DNA from: Candidatus Rokuibacteriota bacterium
GTDB taxonomy: Bacteria > Methylomirabilota > Methylomirabilia > Rokubacteriales > DASRDR01
NCBI GenBank assembly: GCA_044866005.1
Contig: JBIOTN010000201.1
Coordinates: 1-26,891, forward strand
DNA length: 26,891 bases
Reading direction: 5' to 3'
Part shown: in pieces, positions 8,422 to 16,918 of the stretch
How the letters are laid out: the number at the start of each line of letters is the position of its first letter
Numbering within the stretch: the stretch's first letter is position 1
Translations under genes and position numbers: made by a program
The notes under the pieces: model-generated
Told to the model about the DNA's origin: nothing
What the model saw: only the letters and a program-made list of their open reading frames with translations
Database searches by the model: none

Positions 8422-9129
8422 TCAGCGCGGCTCGGTCCCCGGGCCGAGGAGCGCCCCGACGGGGACCACGCCGTAGCCGCGGTCCGCGAGCAGCGCGAGG
8501 AGTCCCGGCATGAGGCCGAGCACGCGCTCGCCCGCGGCGGGGAGCCCGGGCGCGTCGTGCAGGTCGACGATCGCGCCGTCGTGGAGCCGCCGGGCGCAGT
8601 ACTCGAGCTGCGCGGCCGGCCCGCGCACGAAGAGCCCTTCCGGCTGGATCGACCAGAGCACGGTCCTGAGCCCCGCGCGGCGCGCCTCGTGGAGCGCCGC
8701 CACGTTGACGATTCCCCAGGGGGGCCGGTACAGACGCGGAAGGGCGCCCGTGACCTCGGCCAGGATGCGCCCGCCCTCGCGGAGCTCGCGGGCCGTGGCG
8801 GCCGGGCCGAGGAACCACGCGTTCCGGTGGCGCCAGGTGTGGTTGCCGACCTCGTGGCCGCCCGCCACGATGGCCCGCGCGACGTCCGGGTGCCGCGCCG
8901 CCCGCTCGCCGATCAGGAAGAAGGTCGCCCGCACGCCCGCTACCGCGAGGAGGTCCAGGAGCCGCGGCGTCGTGTCGGGATCCGGCCCGTCGTCGAAGGT
9001 CAGCGCGACCCGGCGGCCGACGCCCGGGCCACGCCGTGCGGCGAGCAGCGGGAGCGCGCACTGCGCGCCCCAGCCGTAGCCGGCCCAGGCGGCCACGCCG
9101 AGGAGGACGGCCTCACGCGCCGGGTGCAC
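8422..9129 (-). CDS. Polysaccharide deacetylase (CE4/NodB)
   Basis: TFDDGP, ATFFLIG, HEVGNHTWRH, YRPPWG, IVDLHD motifs; N-terminal hydrophobic segment. GTG start at 9129 directly after the upstream stop (start approximate). Confidence 0.9.
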   Translation of the reverse strand: MHPAREAVLLGVAAWAGYGWGAQCALPLLAARRGPGVGRRVALTFDDGPDPDTTPRLLDLLAVAGVRATFFLIGERAARHPDVARAIVAGGHEVGNHTWRHRNAWFLGPAATARELREGGRILAEVTGALPRLYRPPWGIVNVAALHEARRAGLRTVLWSIQPEGLFVRGPAAQLEYCARRLHDGAIVDLHDAPGLPAAGERVLGLMPGLLALLADRGYGVVPVGALLGPGTEPR

Positions 9130-9131
9130 GC

Positions 9132-10250
9132 TCAGCGACCTCCCGCCAGGACCAGCACTTCCTTGGCGACCGTCCGCGCCGCCTCCGGACGGCGGACGCG
9201 CCGGGCGCCCGCGGCGAGCTCCGCGCGCCGCGCGCGCTCCCCGAGGAGCGCGCGAAGGTGCGCCGCGAGCGCCGTCCGGTCCACGGCCCGGACGGCCGCG
9301 CGCGCCCGCGTGAGACAGGCCTCGTTCAGCCGTTCCTGGCCCGGCAGCGAGCGGTAGAAGACGAGCGGGCGCTCGAGCGCCAGCGCCTCCGCGCAGGTCG
9401 AGGCGCCGGCCTTCGTGACGACCAGGTCCACCGCGCCCATGACCCGGTGCATGTCGCCGACGCGCCCCAGGATGCGGAAGCGCGGGTCCCGGCCGTAGCG
9501 CGCGCGGAGCGCCGCGGCCATCCCGCCGTGCTCGCCGCAGACCGCGACCGCCTGGAAGGGCACGCCGAGACCCGCGAGCACGTCGCACACGTCGGCCACC
9601 CCGCCCAGGAGGCCGCGCATCCCGCTCATCACGAGCGCGACCGGCACGTCCGGATCGAGCCGAAGCGCCGCCCGGCACGCCCGCTGGTCGGCGGGCGCCG
9701 CGAACGCCGGGTCGATCGGGAGGCCGCTCGCCACGACCCGCTCGGCCGGGACGCCGCGCGCGACGAGCGCGTCCCGAATGTCGGGTGTCGGCACGAAGTA
9801 GCGGTCGACGTGGGGGTAGACCCACTGGCCGTGGGCCGCGAAGTCGGTCAGGACGAGCGCGTGCGGGAGGCCGGTCGCGCCGCGCGCGCGAAGCCAGGAC
9901 ATCGCCCCGGCCGACGTGGGGTGGACGTGCACGACGACGTCGGGGCGGCTGGCGGCCAGGTGGCGGCCGAGGGCCCGCGCGCCGAGCCGGCTCATCCCCG
10001 CCATGGCGGGCGACTGGGTCGGCAGCCGGGCCGACAGGTCGTAGGCCAGGCCCCACAGCCGCGGCGCGCAGCGGAGCACTGCCCAGAAGAGAGCGTGGCT
10101 CGCCTGCGCGAAGGCCGGCGAGACGAAGCGCGCGAAGTGATCGGCCCGCTCGACGGCCGCGCCTTCGGCGGTGAGCGCCTGCGCCAGCGCGGCGGCCACG
10201 CGATCGTGCCCCGCGCCGTACGGCGCGCTCAGGATCAGGACGCGGGGCAC
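9132..10250 (-). CDS. UgtP/MGDG-synthase-like glycosyltransferase (GT28)
   Basis: RVLILSAPYGAGH, PDVVVHVHP, VLTDFAAHGQW, GLPIDPAF, DLVVTKAGASTCAEAL, PGQERLN. GTG start at 10250 inferred. Confidence 0.88.
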   Translation of the reverse strand: MPRVLILSAPYGAGHDRVAAALAQALTAEGAAVERADHFARFVSPAFAQASHALFWAVLRCAPRLWGLAYDLSARLPTQSPAMAGMSRLGARALGRHLAASRPDVVVHVHPTSAGAMSWLRARGATGLPHALVLTDFAAHGQWVYPHVDRYFVPTPDIRDALVARGVPAERVVASGLPIDPAFAAPADQRACRAALRLDPDVPVALVMSGMRGLLGGVADVCDVLAGLGVPFQAVAVCGEHGGMAAALRARYGRDPRFRILGRVGDMHRVMGAVDLVVTKAGASTCAEALALERPLVFYRSLPGQERLNEACLTRARAAVRAVDRTALAAHLRALLGERARRAELAAGARRVRRPEAARTVAKEVLVLAGGR

Positions 10251-10294
10251 CGGCGCTTCAGGGATGGCAGGGGGCGGGCCCCCGCCGACGCTGG

Positions 10295-11077
10295 TTACGC
10301 CCCGAACCGCCGGTCGCGCTGCTGGTAGCTGCGGATGGCGCGCAGGAAGTCGATCTTGCGGAACGCCGGCCAGTGGACATCGCAGAAGTAGAATTCGCTG
10401 TACGCGCTCTGCCAGAGGAGGAATCCGGAGAGCCGCACCTCGCCCGAGGTGCGGATGATGAGGTCGGGGTCGGGGAGATCCGGGGCGTAGAGGTAGCGGC
10501 CGATCTCCTCCTGGCTCACGCCCTCGACGATCTCTTCCAGCGACGCGCCCTGCTTGGCGCGATCGCGGATGAGGCGCCGCACGGCGTCGGCGATCTCCTG
10601 CCGCCCGCCGTACGCCAGCGCGAAGGTCAGCACGAGGTCGGCGTAATCCGCGGTCGCCGCCTCCGCCCGCCGGGCCGCGGCCAGCGTCGAGTCGGGCAGC
10701 ATGTCGAGCTTGCCCACCGCCCGGACCCGGACGCCGCGGCGGTGGATCCGGGGGTCCTGCGCGAGCGCGTCGAGCTTGCCCTCGATGACGGACAGGAGAC
10801 CCTGGACCTCTTCCGGCGCGCGCGTCAGGTTCTCGGTCGAGAAGGCCCAGAGCGTCACCGCCGGGATACCGAGGTCGGCGCACCAGGCGAGCACCTCGTC
10901 GAGCTTCTCGGCTCCCGCGCGATACACCGCGATGGGGTCCCGCAGGCCCTGGGCGCGCGCCCAGCGGCGGTTGCCGTCCAGGATGATCCCGACGTGCTGG
11001 GGCACGGCGCGGCGCAGGACCTCCCCCTCGAGCCGCCGGGTATAGAGATAGTAGAGGAGCCGGGGGATCCGCTTCAC
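10295..11077 (-). CDS. uppS: cis-prenyltransferase (UppS/Rv1086-like polyprenyl diphosphate synthase)
   Basis: HVGIILDGNRRWAR, FSTENLTR, YGGRQEI, DPDLIIRTSGEVRLSGFLLWQSAYSE, RRFG. The N-terminal LYYLYxRRL resembles the short-chain/secondary subfamily. Confidence 0.92.
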   Translation of the reverse strand: MKRIPRLLYYLYTRRLEGEVLRRAVPQHVGIILDGNRRWARAQGLRDPIAVYRAGAEKLDEVLAWCADLGIPAVTLWAFSTENLTRAPEEVQGLLSVIEGKLDALAQDPRIHRRGVRVRAVGKLDMLPDSTLAAARRAEAATADYADLVLTFALAYGGRQEIADAVRRLIRDRAKQGASLEEIVEGVSQEEIGRYLYAPDLPDPDLIIRTSGEVRLSGFLLWQSAYSEFYFCDVHWPAFRKIDFLRAIRSYQQRDRRFGA

Positions 11078-11153
11078 CGACAGGGCCCCGGCCCGGGCCG
11101 TGCCCCGGGCACCGGGAGGGGACGACGCTTGGCGACCGGCATCGCGCTGCGCC

Positions 11154-11588
11154 TCACGCTCGGGGCCGGCGGGCCACCATGAGCTTGTACTCCCCCTCCT
11201 GCACGACCTCGCCGCGCTGGTTGACGATCTCGCGCTTCTCCACGAGCACGCCGCCCTCCTTCAGCCCCCGCTTCGCGGTCACCTCTAATCGGCAGTGGAC
11301 GGTGTCCCCCACGCGCACCGGGGCCAGGAACCGCCAGTCGAGCACCATGAAGGCCAGGACCCGGGGCTGCGCCACCGGGACGCGGAAGCCGAGCCCCGAC
11401 GTGATGGCGATGATGAGGGTATCCGGGACGGCCGGGGGCAGGTCCACGGCGCCGGGCGTCCGATCCAGCGGCTCGTGGTCCCCGGAGATCCGCGCGAACG
11501 CCGCCACGTCCGCTTCCGTCACCGTGCGGGCCGGCGTCCGGGCCGACTCCCCGACCGCGAAGTCCTCGAAGTACCGTATCTCGTCCAC
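11154..11588 (-). CDS. MaoC-like hot-dog protein with degenerate hydratase motif
   Basis: Paralog of the adjacent gene (YFEDF, RTVTEAD, WRFLAPVRVGDTV, NQRGEVVQEGE), but with DHEPLD in place of DxNxxH and PDTL in place of AHG. Confidence 0.85.
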   Translation of the reverse strand: MDEIRYFEDFAVGESARTPARTVTEADVAAFARISGDHEPLDRTPGAVDLPPAVPDTLIIAITSGLGFRVPVAQPRVLAFMVLDWRFLAPVRVGDTVHCRLEVTAKRGLKEGGVLVEKREIVNQRGEVVQEGEYKLMVARRPRA

Positions 11589-11621
11589 CGATCGAGCCGC
11601 GCGACGCTCTCCCGCCGCGAC

Positions 11622-12074
11622 CTACTTCCGTCGCTCGACCATGATCTCGGTCTCGCCCTCCTGGACGACCTCGCCGCGCTGGTTCAGCACGGAGCGCTGA
11701 AGCACCACGATCCCGCGGTCGGGCTTGGACGTCTCGCGCTTGTCCACCACCTTGACGCGCACCTTGACCGTGTCCCCGATCTTGATCGGGGCCTTGAACC
11801 GCCAGCGGAGCCCGACGAACGCGAGCGTGGCGAACGGTCGCGGCATCGCCCGGGCGCTGAGCCCCGACTGGATGGCGAGGCCGAGGAGACCGTGGGCGAT
11901 CCGCTCGCCGTAGATCGAACTGCGCATGAACTCGGCGTCCGTGTGGAGGACGTTGTAGTCGCCCGACAGGCCGGCGAAGGCGACGATGTCGGCCTCCGTC
12001 ACGGTGCGGCCGGGCGAGAGATACTCGTCGCCGACGCTGATGTGCTCGAAGTACTGCCGTTCGTCCTCGGGCAT
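11622..12074 (-). CDS. MaoC/(R)-enoyl-CoA hydratase-like dehydratase
   Basis: RTVTEADIVAFAGLSGDYNVLHTD...RIAHGLL...WRFKAPIKIGDTV with intact D/H motif; GGAGG SD. Confidence 0.9.
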   Translation of the reverse strand: MPEDERQYFEHISVGDEYLSPGRTVTEADIVAFAGLSGDYNVLHTDAEFMRSSIYGERIAHGLLGLAIQSGLSARAMPRPFATLAFVGLRWRFKAPIKIGDTVKVRVKVVDKRETSKPDRGIVVLQRSVLNQRGEVVQEGETEIMVERRK

Positions 12075-12112
12075 GCACGCCTCCGCGCGAACTCGCGGGC
12101 GATTCGTCCCGC

Positions 12113-12121
12113 ACTATATCA
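12113..12121 (-). promoter_or_regulatory. Extended -10 promoter for the MaoC-uppS-GT-deacetylase run
   Basis: TGATATAGT on the minus strand, about 40 nt upstream of the MaoC ATG. Confidence 0.5.
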
Positions 12122-12151
12122 CAGGCGCGGCGTCCGGCGTCGGATCGCGCG

Positions 12152-12180
12152 TTGACGCGGCCGTGGGGTCACCATAGAAT
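12152..12180 (+). promoter_or_regulatory. sigma70-type promoter for mqnEAC
   Basis: TTGACG (12152-12157), 17-nt spacer, TAGAAT (12175-12180). Confidence 0.7.
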
Positions 12181-12215
12181 GCGGGTTGGCCGGGGGATTT
12201 CCCGAGGAGGCCCGC

Positions 12216-13316
12216 ATGGGGACCGAGGTGGAGGGCATCCACTTCCGCGACGCGCGGCTCGCGCGGACCTGGGAGAAGTTCCGCGCGGGCGAGCGGCTCG
12301 ACGCGGCGGACGGCGTGGCCTGCCTGGAGACGTCGGACCTGCTGGCGCTCGGCCGGATGGCCGATCGGGTGAAGCAGACCAAGTCCGGACAGTGGGTCTA
12401 CTTCGTCATCAACCGGTACATCAACCCCACCAACGTCTGCGTGCTCTCGTGCTCCTTCTGCGACTTCGCGAAGAAGAAGGGCCAGGCGGGGGCGATCGAG
12501 CACTCCGCGGACGACATCGTCCGCATGATCGAGCCGGACATCCGCGAGGTCCACATCGTCGGCGGGCACCACCCCGACTGGCCGTTCGAGTACTACGAGG
12601 ACCTCATCCGGACGATCCGTCGCGAGCGCCCCCGGGCCCAGATCAAGGCCTTCACCGCCGCCGAGATCGACTACTTCTGGCGGCGCTGGAAGATCGAGCC
12701 GGTGGAGAGCCTGGTCCGGCTCAAGACGGCCGGCCTCGACTCGATGCCCGGCGGGGGCGCCGAGGTCTTCTCGTCGCGGCTCCAGAAGACCCTTCGCTAC
12801 ACCGGCAAGGCGGGCGCGGACCGGTGGCTCGAGATCCACCGCATCGCCCATGGCCTGGGAATCCGCTCGAACGCGACGATCCTCTACGGCCACCTCGAGA
12901 CGTACGCCGAGCGCGTGGCGCACCTGCTCCGCCTCCGCGCGCTTCAGGACGAGACCGCGGGCTTCCTCACGTTCATTCCGCTCCTCTACCAGCTGGGCGA
13001 CACGAAGCTCGTGCCCCGCCAGGCGTCACCGCTCGAGTCGCTCCGGATGGTCGCCACCGCCCGCCTGGTCCTCGACAATTTCCCCCACGTCGAGGCCTAC
13101 TGGGTCATGCTGGGGGAAGCGACGGCGTCCATCGCGCTCGGCTTCGGGGCGGACGACGTGAACGGCACCCTGGTGGACGAGCGCATCGCGCACGCGGCCA
13201 AGGCGGAGAGCCCGGCGGGACTGGCCCGCGAGCAGATCCTCCGCATGGTCCGGGACGCCGGGCGGATCCCCGTCGAGCGCGACGCCCTCTACAACGTCCT
13301 GCACGTCTGGAACTGA
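12216..13316 (+). CDS. mqnE: Aminofutalosine synthase (radical SAM)
   Basis: INPTNVCVLSCSFC (CxxxCxxC), EVHIVGG, IKAFTAAEI, MPGGGAEVF, NATILYGH, EAYWVM, ERDALYN; GAGGAGG SD before ATG 12216. Confidence 0.92.
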   Translation: MGTEVEGIHFRDARLARTWEKFRAGERLDAADGVACLETSDLLALGRMADRVKQTKSGQWVYFVINRYINPTNVCVLSCSFCDFAKKKGQAGAIEHSADDIVRMIEPDIREVHIVGGHHPDWPFEYYEDLIRTIRRERPRAQIKAFTAAEIDYFWRRWKIEPVESLVRLKTAGLDSMPGGGAEVFSSRLQKTLRYTGKAGADRWLEIHRIAHGLGIRSNATILYGHLETYAERVAHLLRLRALQDETAGFLTFIPLLYQLGDTKLVPRQASPLESLRMVATARLVLDNFPHVEAYWVMLGEATASIALGFGADDVNGTLVDERIAHAAKAESPAGLAREQILRMVRDAGRIPVERDALYNVLHVWN

Positions 13317-13376
13317 GCCGATCACCGCGTTCCCACCCTGGCCGGGCATGACGATTCAGCCGCCGCGATGACGTAA

Positions 13377-14123
13377 ATGCTCAGGGTCGGCCGGATCTCG
13401 TATCTGAACGTCGAGCCGTTCTTCCACGCGTTCCCCTGGCCCGTGAGCGCGGCGCTGCCGCCGCGCGCCCTGGGCGAGGCCGTCGCCGCGGGACGGCTCG
13501 ACGCCGGCCCGCTCCCCCTCGCCGACTGCATCCGGCTCGAGCCCGCGCTCGCCCTCCTGCCGTACGGCATCGCGACCCGCGACCGCGCGCAGAGCGTGTT
13601 CCTCTTCTCGCGCCGGGCGATGCCCGAGCTGGGCGGCGCGCGCGTCGCGGTCACCGGCGAGACGTCGACGTCGGTCCAGCTCCTGCGGATCCTGCTCGCC
13701 TTCCGTGACGAGGTCGAGCCGGCGACGCTCGTCGGGGTCGAGGAGCCGGCCGATGCCGTGCTGCTCATCGGCGACCCGGCCCTCCGGGCGCGGTACGGCC
13801 GCTGGCCCCATCCCCTCTGCTTCGACCTGGGGGAGGAGTGGACCCGGTGGACCGGGCTTCCCTGCGTCTTCGCCGCGTGGGCCATCCGCCGGGAGGCGGG
13901 TCCAGGGGGGCGGGCGGCGCTCGCGGCGGCGCTCGAGACCGCGCTCGCCACCGGGCTGCGCGAGCTGCCCGCCATCGCGCGCGCCCGCCAGGACGTCCGG
14001 GAGTGGGGCCTCGCGGAGTCCGACGTGATCGCCTACCTCGAGACGTTCGACTACCGGATCGGGGTCGACGAGGAGAAGGCGATGGCCGAGTTCCGCCGGC
14101 TCCACGCGCTCCTCGCCCCCTGA
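13377..14123 (+). CDS. mqnA: Chorismate dehydratase
   Basis: RVGRISYLNVEP, SVFLFS, TSTSVQL, LLIGDPAL, DLGEEW..WTGLPCVFAAW; lies between mqnE and mqnC. Confidence 0.9.
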   Translation: MLRVGRISYLNVEPFFHAFPWPVSAALPPRALGEAVAAGRLDAGPLPLADCIRLEPALALLPYGIATRDRAQSVFLFSRRAMPELGGARVAVTGETSTSVQLLRILLAFRDEVEPATLVGVEEPADAVLLIGDPALRARYGRWPHPLCFDLGEEWTRWTGLPCVFAAWAIRREAGPGGRAALAAALETALATGLRELPAIARARQDVREWGLAESDVIAYLETFDYRIGVDEEKAMAEFRRLHALLAP

Positions 14124-14137
14124 CGCCCGAGGGCCCG

Positions 14138-15211
14138 GTGCTCGAGGCCATCCGCGCCAAGCTCGAGGGCGGCGAGCGTCTGGATCGCGTCGAGGGACGC
14201 TGGCTGCTGACGGAGGCTCCGCTCCTCGCGCTCGGGCAGCTCGCGGAGACCGTCCGCTACCGGCTCCACCCGGAGCCCGTCGTCACCTTCGTGATCGACA
14301 CCAATCCGAACTACACGAACGTCTGCGTCACGGACTGTCAGTTCTGCGCCTTCTACCGGAAGCCGGGCGACCCCGAGGCCTACACCCTCAGCGTGGAGGA
14401 GGTGATGGCCAAGCTCGCGCCGGCTGTCGCGCGCGGCGCGACCACGGTGCTGCTCCAGGGCGGCCACAACCCGGGGCTCCCCCTCGACTACTACCTCGAG
14501 CTCGTCCGCGAGACCCGGCGTCGGTTCCCGCACGTGCTCCCGCACTTCTTCACGGCGTCGGAGGTCCAGACGATGGCGCAGGTCAGCGGGCTTCCGGTGC
14601 AGGCCGTGCTGGGGCGCCTCCGCGACGCCGGCCAGCGCACGCTCCCGGGCGGCGGCGCCGAGATCCTCTCGGCGCGCGTCCGCCAGCGGATCAGCCCGAA
14701 GAAGGGCGGCCCCGAGGCCTGGCTCGAGGTCCACCGCGAAGCCCACCGGGTGGGGCTCCGCTCGACCGCGACCATGATGTACGGCCACGTCGAGGAGCCC
14801 GACGACGTGCTCGACCATCTCGACGCGGTCCGCGGGCTCCAGGACGAGACAGGCGGCTTCACCGCGTTCGTCCCGTGGTCCTTCAAGCCCGGCAACACCC
14901 TGCTGGAGAAATGGATCAAGCACTACGCCGGGCCGAACGCCTACCTCCGGATGCTCGGGCTGGCCCGCTGCTACCTCGACAACGTCCCGCACGTCCAGGC
15001 GTCGTGGTTTTCCGAGGGCAAGAAAGCGGGCCAGGTGGCGCTCCACTTCGGGGCGGACGACTGGGGCGGGACGCTCTTCGAGGAAAACGTGCACAAGGCC
15101 GCCGACTACGTCAACACGATCACCGTCGAGGAGATCGCGACCCTCATCCGGGAAGCCGGCTTCCAGCCCGTCCAGCGCACGACCCTCTACGAGCCGGTCC
15201 GGCCGCACTGA
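14138..15211 (+). CDS. mqnC: Cyclic dehypoxanthinyl futalosine synthase (radical SAM)
   Basis: VTFVIDTNPNYTNVCVTDCQFCAFYR, LLQGGHNP, PGGGAEIL, TATMMYGH, QASW, FGADDWGGTLFEENV. GTG start at 14138 inferred. Confidence 0.92.
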   Translation: MLEAIRAKLEGGERLDRVEGRWLLTEAPLLALGQLAETVRYRLHPEPVVTFVIDTNPNYTNVCVTDCQFCAFYRKPGDPEAYTLSVEEVMAKLAPAVARGATTVLLQGGHNPGLPLDYYLELVRETRRRFPHVLPHFFTASEVQTMAQVSGLPVQAVLGRLRDAGQRTLPGGGAEILSARVRQRISPKKGGPEAWLEVHREAHRVGLRSTATMMYGHVEEPDDVLDHLDAVRGLQDETGGFTAFVPWSFKPGNTLLEKWIKHYAGPNAYLRMLGLARCYLDNVPHVQASWFSEGKKAGQVALHFGADDWGGTLFEENVHKAADYVNTITVEEIATLIREAGFQPVQRTTLYEPVRPH

Positions 15212-15240
15212 CCCCGCGACCGGGGCGGGCGGCTCGGCCG

Positions 15241-15813
15241 CTACCGTGGCCTGGCCGGCGCGGGCGCCGCTCGCCCCCGGCTCGCGCGTTGCGCCGTCGG
15301 TGCCCCGCTCCGACCGCTCCCCGCGTCGGCGGGCCTCGCCGTCGCGTCGGTCGGGGGCTCGACCGCCGCGGCCTCCGCGTGGAGGGGCACGCCGTCGTAG
15401 ATCCAGGCGCTCGGCTGACGCCGGCGTCGATCCCCACGGCGCCGATCGGCTCGTGGCGGCTCGCTCCCGCGGCGCCGTTCCCCGACCCGCCGCTCGTAGA
15501 TCAGATCCACCGGCGCGTCGGCCCGGAGCCACCGGCGGAGCAGGTTGAAGACGTACCGCCGCTCTCGCTGGATGACGATCAGCCAGCGGCGGCCGTCCGG
15601 CGACGGACCCGAGCCGTTGTGCCGGCGCCCCTGCGCGGGACGCCGGTCGCGTCCGGACCCGTTGCCGTCCGGCCGCCCGGCGTTCATCGGTCGCAGCCAC
15701 GCGGAGACCGGGTGCGTCGACTCCCGACCGCAGTTGGGACAATCCGGCGCGTTGGTGAGCAGATCGCACTCCACGCAGAGACGAGCGGCGGCGAGGGGCA
15801 ACTGGAGGATCAT
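15241..15813 (-). CDS. Hypothetical protein: N-terminal CxxC...CxxC Zn ribbon plus C-terminal domain with ERRxxERR/DRRRxDRR repeats
   Basis: LPLAAARLCVECDLLTNAPDCPNCG...AWL, then RWLIVIQRER...VDLIYERRVGERRR...DRRRGDRRR. ATG at 15813, just after a sigma54-type promoter. Confidence 0.7.
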   Translation of the reverse strand: MILQLPLAAARLCVECDLLTNAPDCPNCGRESTHPVSAWLRPMNAGRPDGNGSGRDRRPAQGRRHNGSGPSPDGRRWLIVIQRERRYVFNLLRRWLRADAPVDLIYERRVGERRRGSEPPRADRRRGDRRRRQPSAWIYDGVPLHAEAAAVEPPTDATARPADAGSGRSGAPTAQRASRGRAAPAPARPR

Positions 15814-15829
15814 GGCAGGCCCCCGAGCG

Positions 15830-15846
15830 AGCAACGATCCTGCCAA
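15830..15846 (-). promoter_or_regulatory. sigma54 (-24/-12) promoter
   Basis: TTGGCAGGATCGTTGCT on the minus strand: GG-N10-GC spacing, near-consensus TGGCA...TTGCW, pointing at ATG 15813. Confidence 0.7.
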
Positions 15847-15963
15847 CCCCCCACCGGTTCGCAGCGGCGGGCACTTGGCATCCGCCGTCGGGCCGCGACC
15901 GGCCGGCCAGTGGTCAGTTCGTGGTCATCCCCAAGGGTGGCCGGCTGGCACTCAATTAGCCGG

Positions 15964-16791
15964 TCACAGGGGATCGATCGGTGGGACCGCGGCCAGCAAC
16001 CCCTTCTTGACCGCGCGGGCGTAGAGCGTCTCCAGCGCGCGGCGGCCGTCCTCGCCGAGCCTCACCGTGTAGTCGTTGACGTACATCTCGACGAACCGCC
16101 GGCACGTCTCGGCGTCGATCCCGCGCCCGTAGCGCATCGCGTACGCGACGGCCTCGTCGGGATGGGCGTGGGCGTAGCGGATGGACGCCCGCAGCGCCTC
16201 CGAGAGCTGGATCGCCAGCGCCTCGCCGAGGTCGCGTCGCGTCAGGTTGATGCCGAGCGGCACCGGCAGCCCGGTCTCGCGCGTCCACCGCTCGCCCAGG
16301 TCCAGGACCTTGACGAGCCCCATCGCGCCGTAGGTGATCTGCCCCTCGTGGATGAGGAGCCCGGCGTGGGCCTGCCCGTCCTGGACCACCCGCGGGATCT
16401 GGTCGAACGGGACCACGATGACCGGCGGGTCGCCGAGCGCGAGCCGCAGGAGCAGATACGCCGTCGTGCCGTAGCCCGGGATCGCGATCACCTTCTGCCG
16501 GAGCGTCCGCCCGGCGTAGGGGCGGCGGGCGACGAGGATGGGGCCATACCCCTTCCCCATGGACGCCCCCGGATCCATGATCCGGTAGCGGTCGGCGACG
16601 GCGGGATAGGTCGCGCAGGACACGGCCGTCACTTCCAGCTCGGCCGTCGCCGCCCGCCGGTTGAGCGACTCGATGTCCTCCAGCAGGTGCTCGACCCGCA
16701 CCCCGGGGATCGCCACCTTGCCGTGGGTCAGCGCGTAGAACATGAAGGCGTCGTCGGCATCGGGGCTGTGGCCGATCCGGATGACTGGCAT
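15964..16791 (-). CDS. mqnD: 1,4-dihydroxy-6-naphthoate synthase
   Basis: IRIGHSPDADDAFMFYAL, DIESLNR, ASMGKGYGP, PGYGTTAYLL, LLIHEGQITY, DLGERW...LPVPLG, MYVNDYT. Confidence 0.93.
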   Translation of the reverse strand: MPVIRIGHSPDADDAFMFYALTHGKVAIPGVRVEHLLEDIESLNRRAATAELEVTAVSCATYPAVADRYRIMDPGASMGKGYGPILVARRPYAGRTLRQKVIAIPGYGTTAYLLLRLALGDPPVIVVPFDQIPRVVQDGQAHAGLLIHEGQITYGAMGLVKVLDLGERWTRETGLPVPLGINLTRRDLGEALAIQLSEALRASIRYAHAHPDEAVAYAMRYGRGIDAETCRRFVEMYVNDYTVRLGEDGRRALETLYARAVKKGLLAAVPPIDPL

Positions 16792-16844
16792 GCGCTCCCT
16801 TCCCGCGGCGCCTCGTGGTAGGCTCGGGACGATTCGAGAGCCCG

Positions 16845-16874
16845 AGTATGGCCGTGCGCGCCGCGGGCCGTCAA
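16845..16874 (-). promoter_or_regulatory. sigma70-type promoter for mqnD
   Basis: TTGACG (16874-16869), 18-nt spacer, CATACT (16850-16845). Confidence 0.5.
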
Positions 16875-16918
16875 GCGCGGGCGGCCTCGTCCGGCGACCG
16901 CTCACTCCGGGAGGCGCG

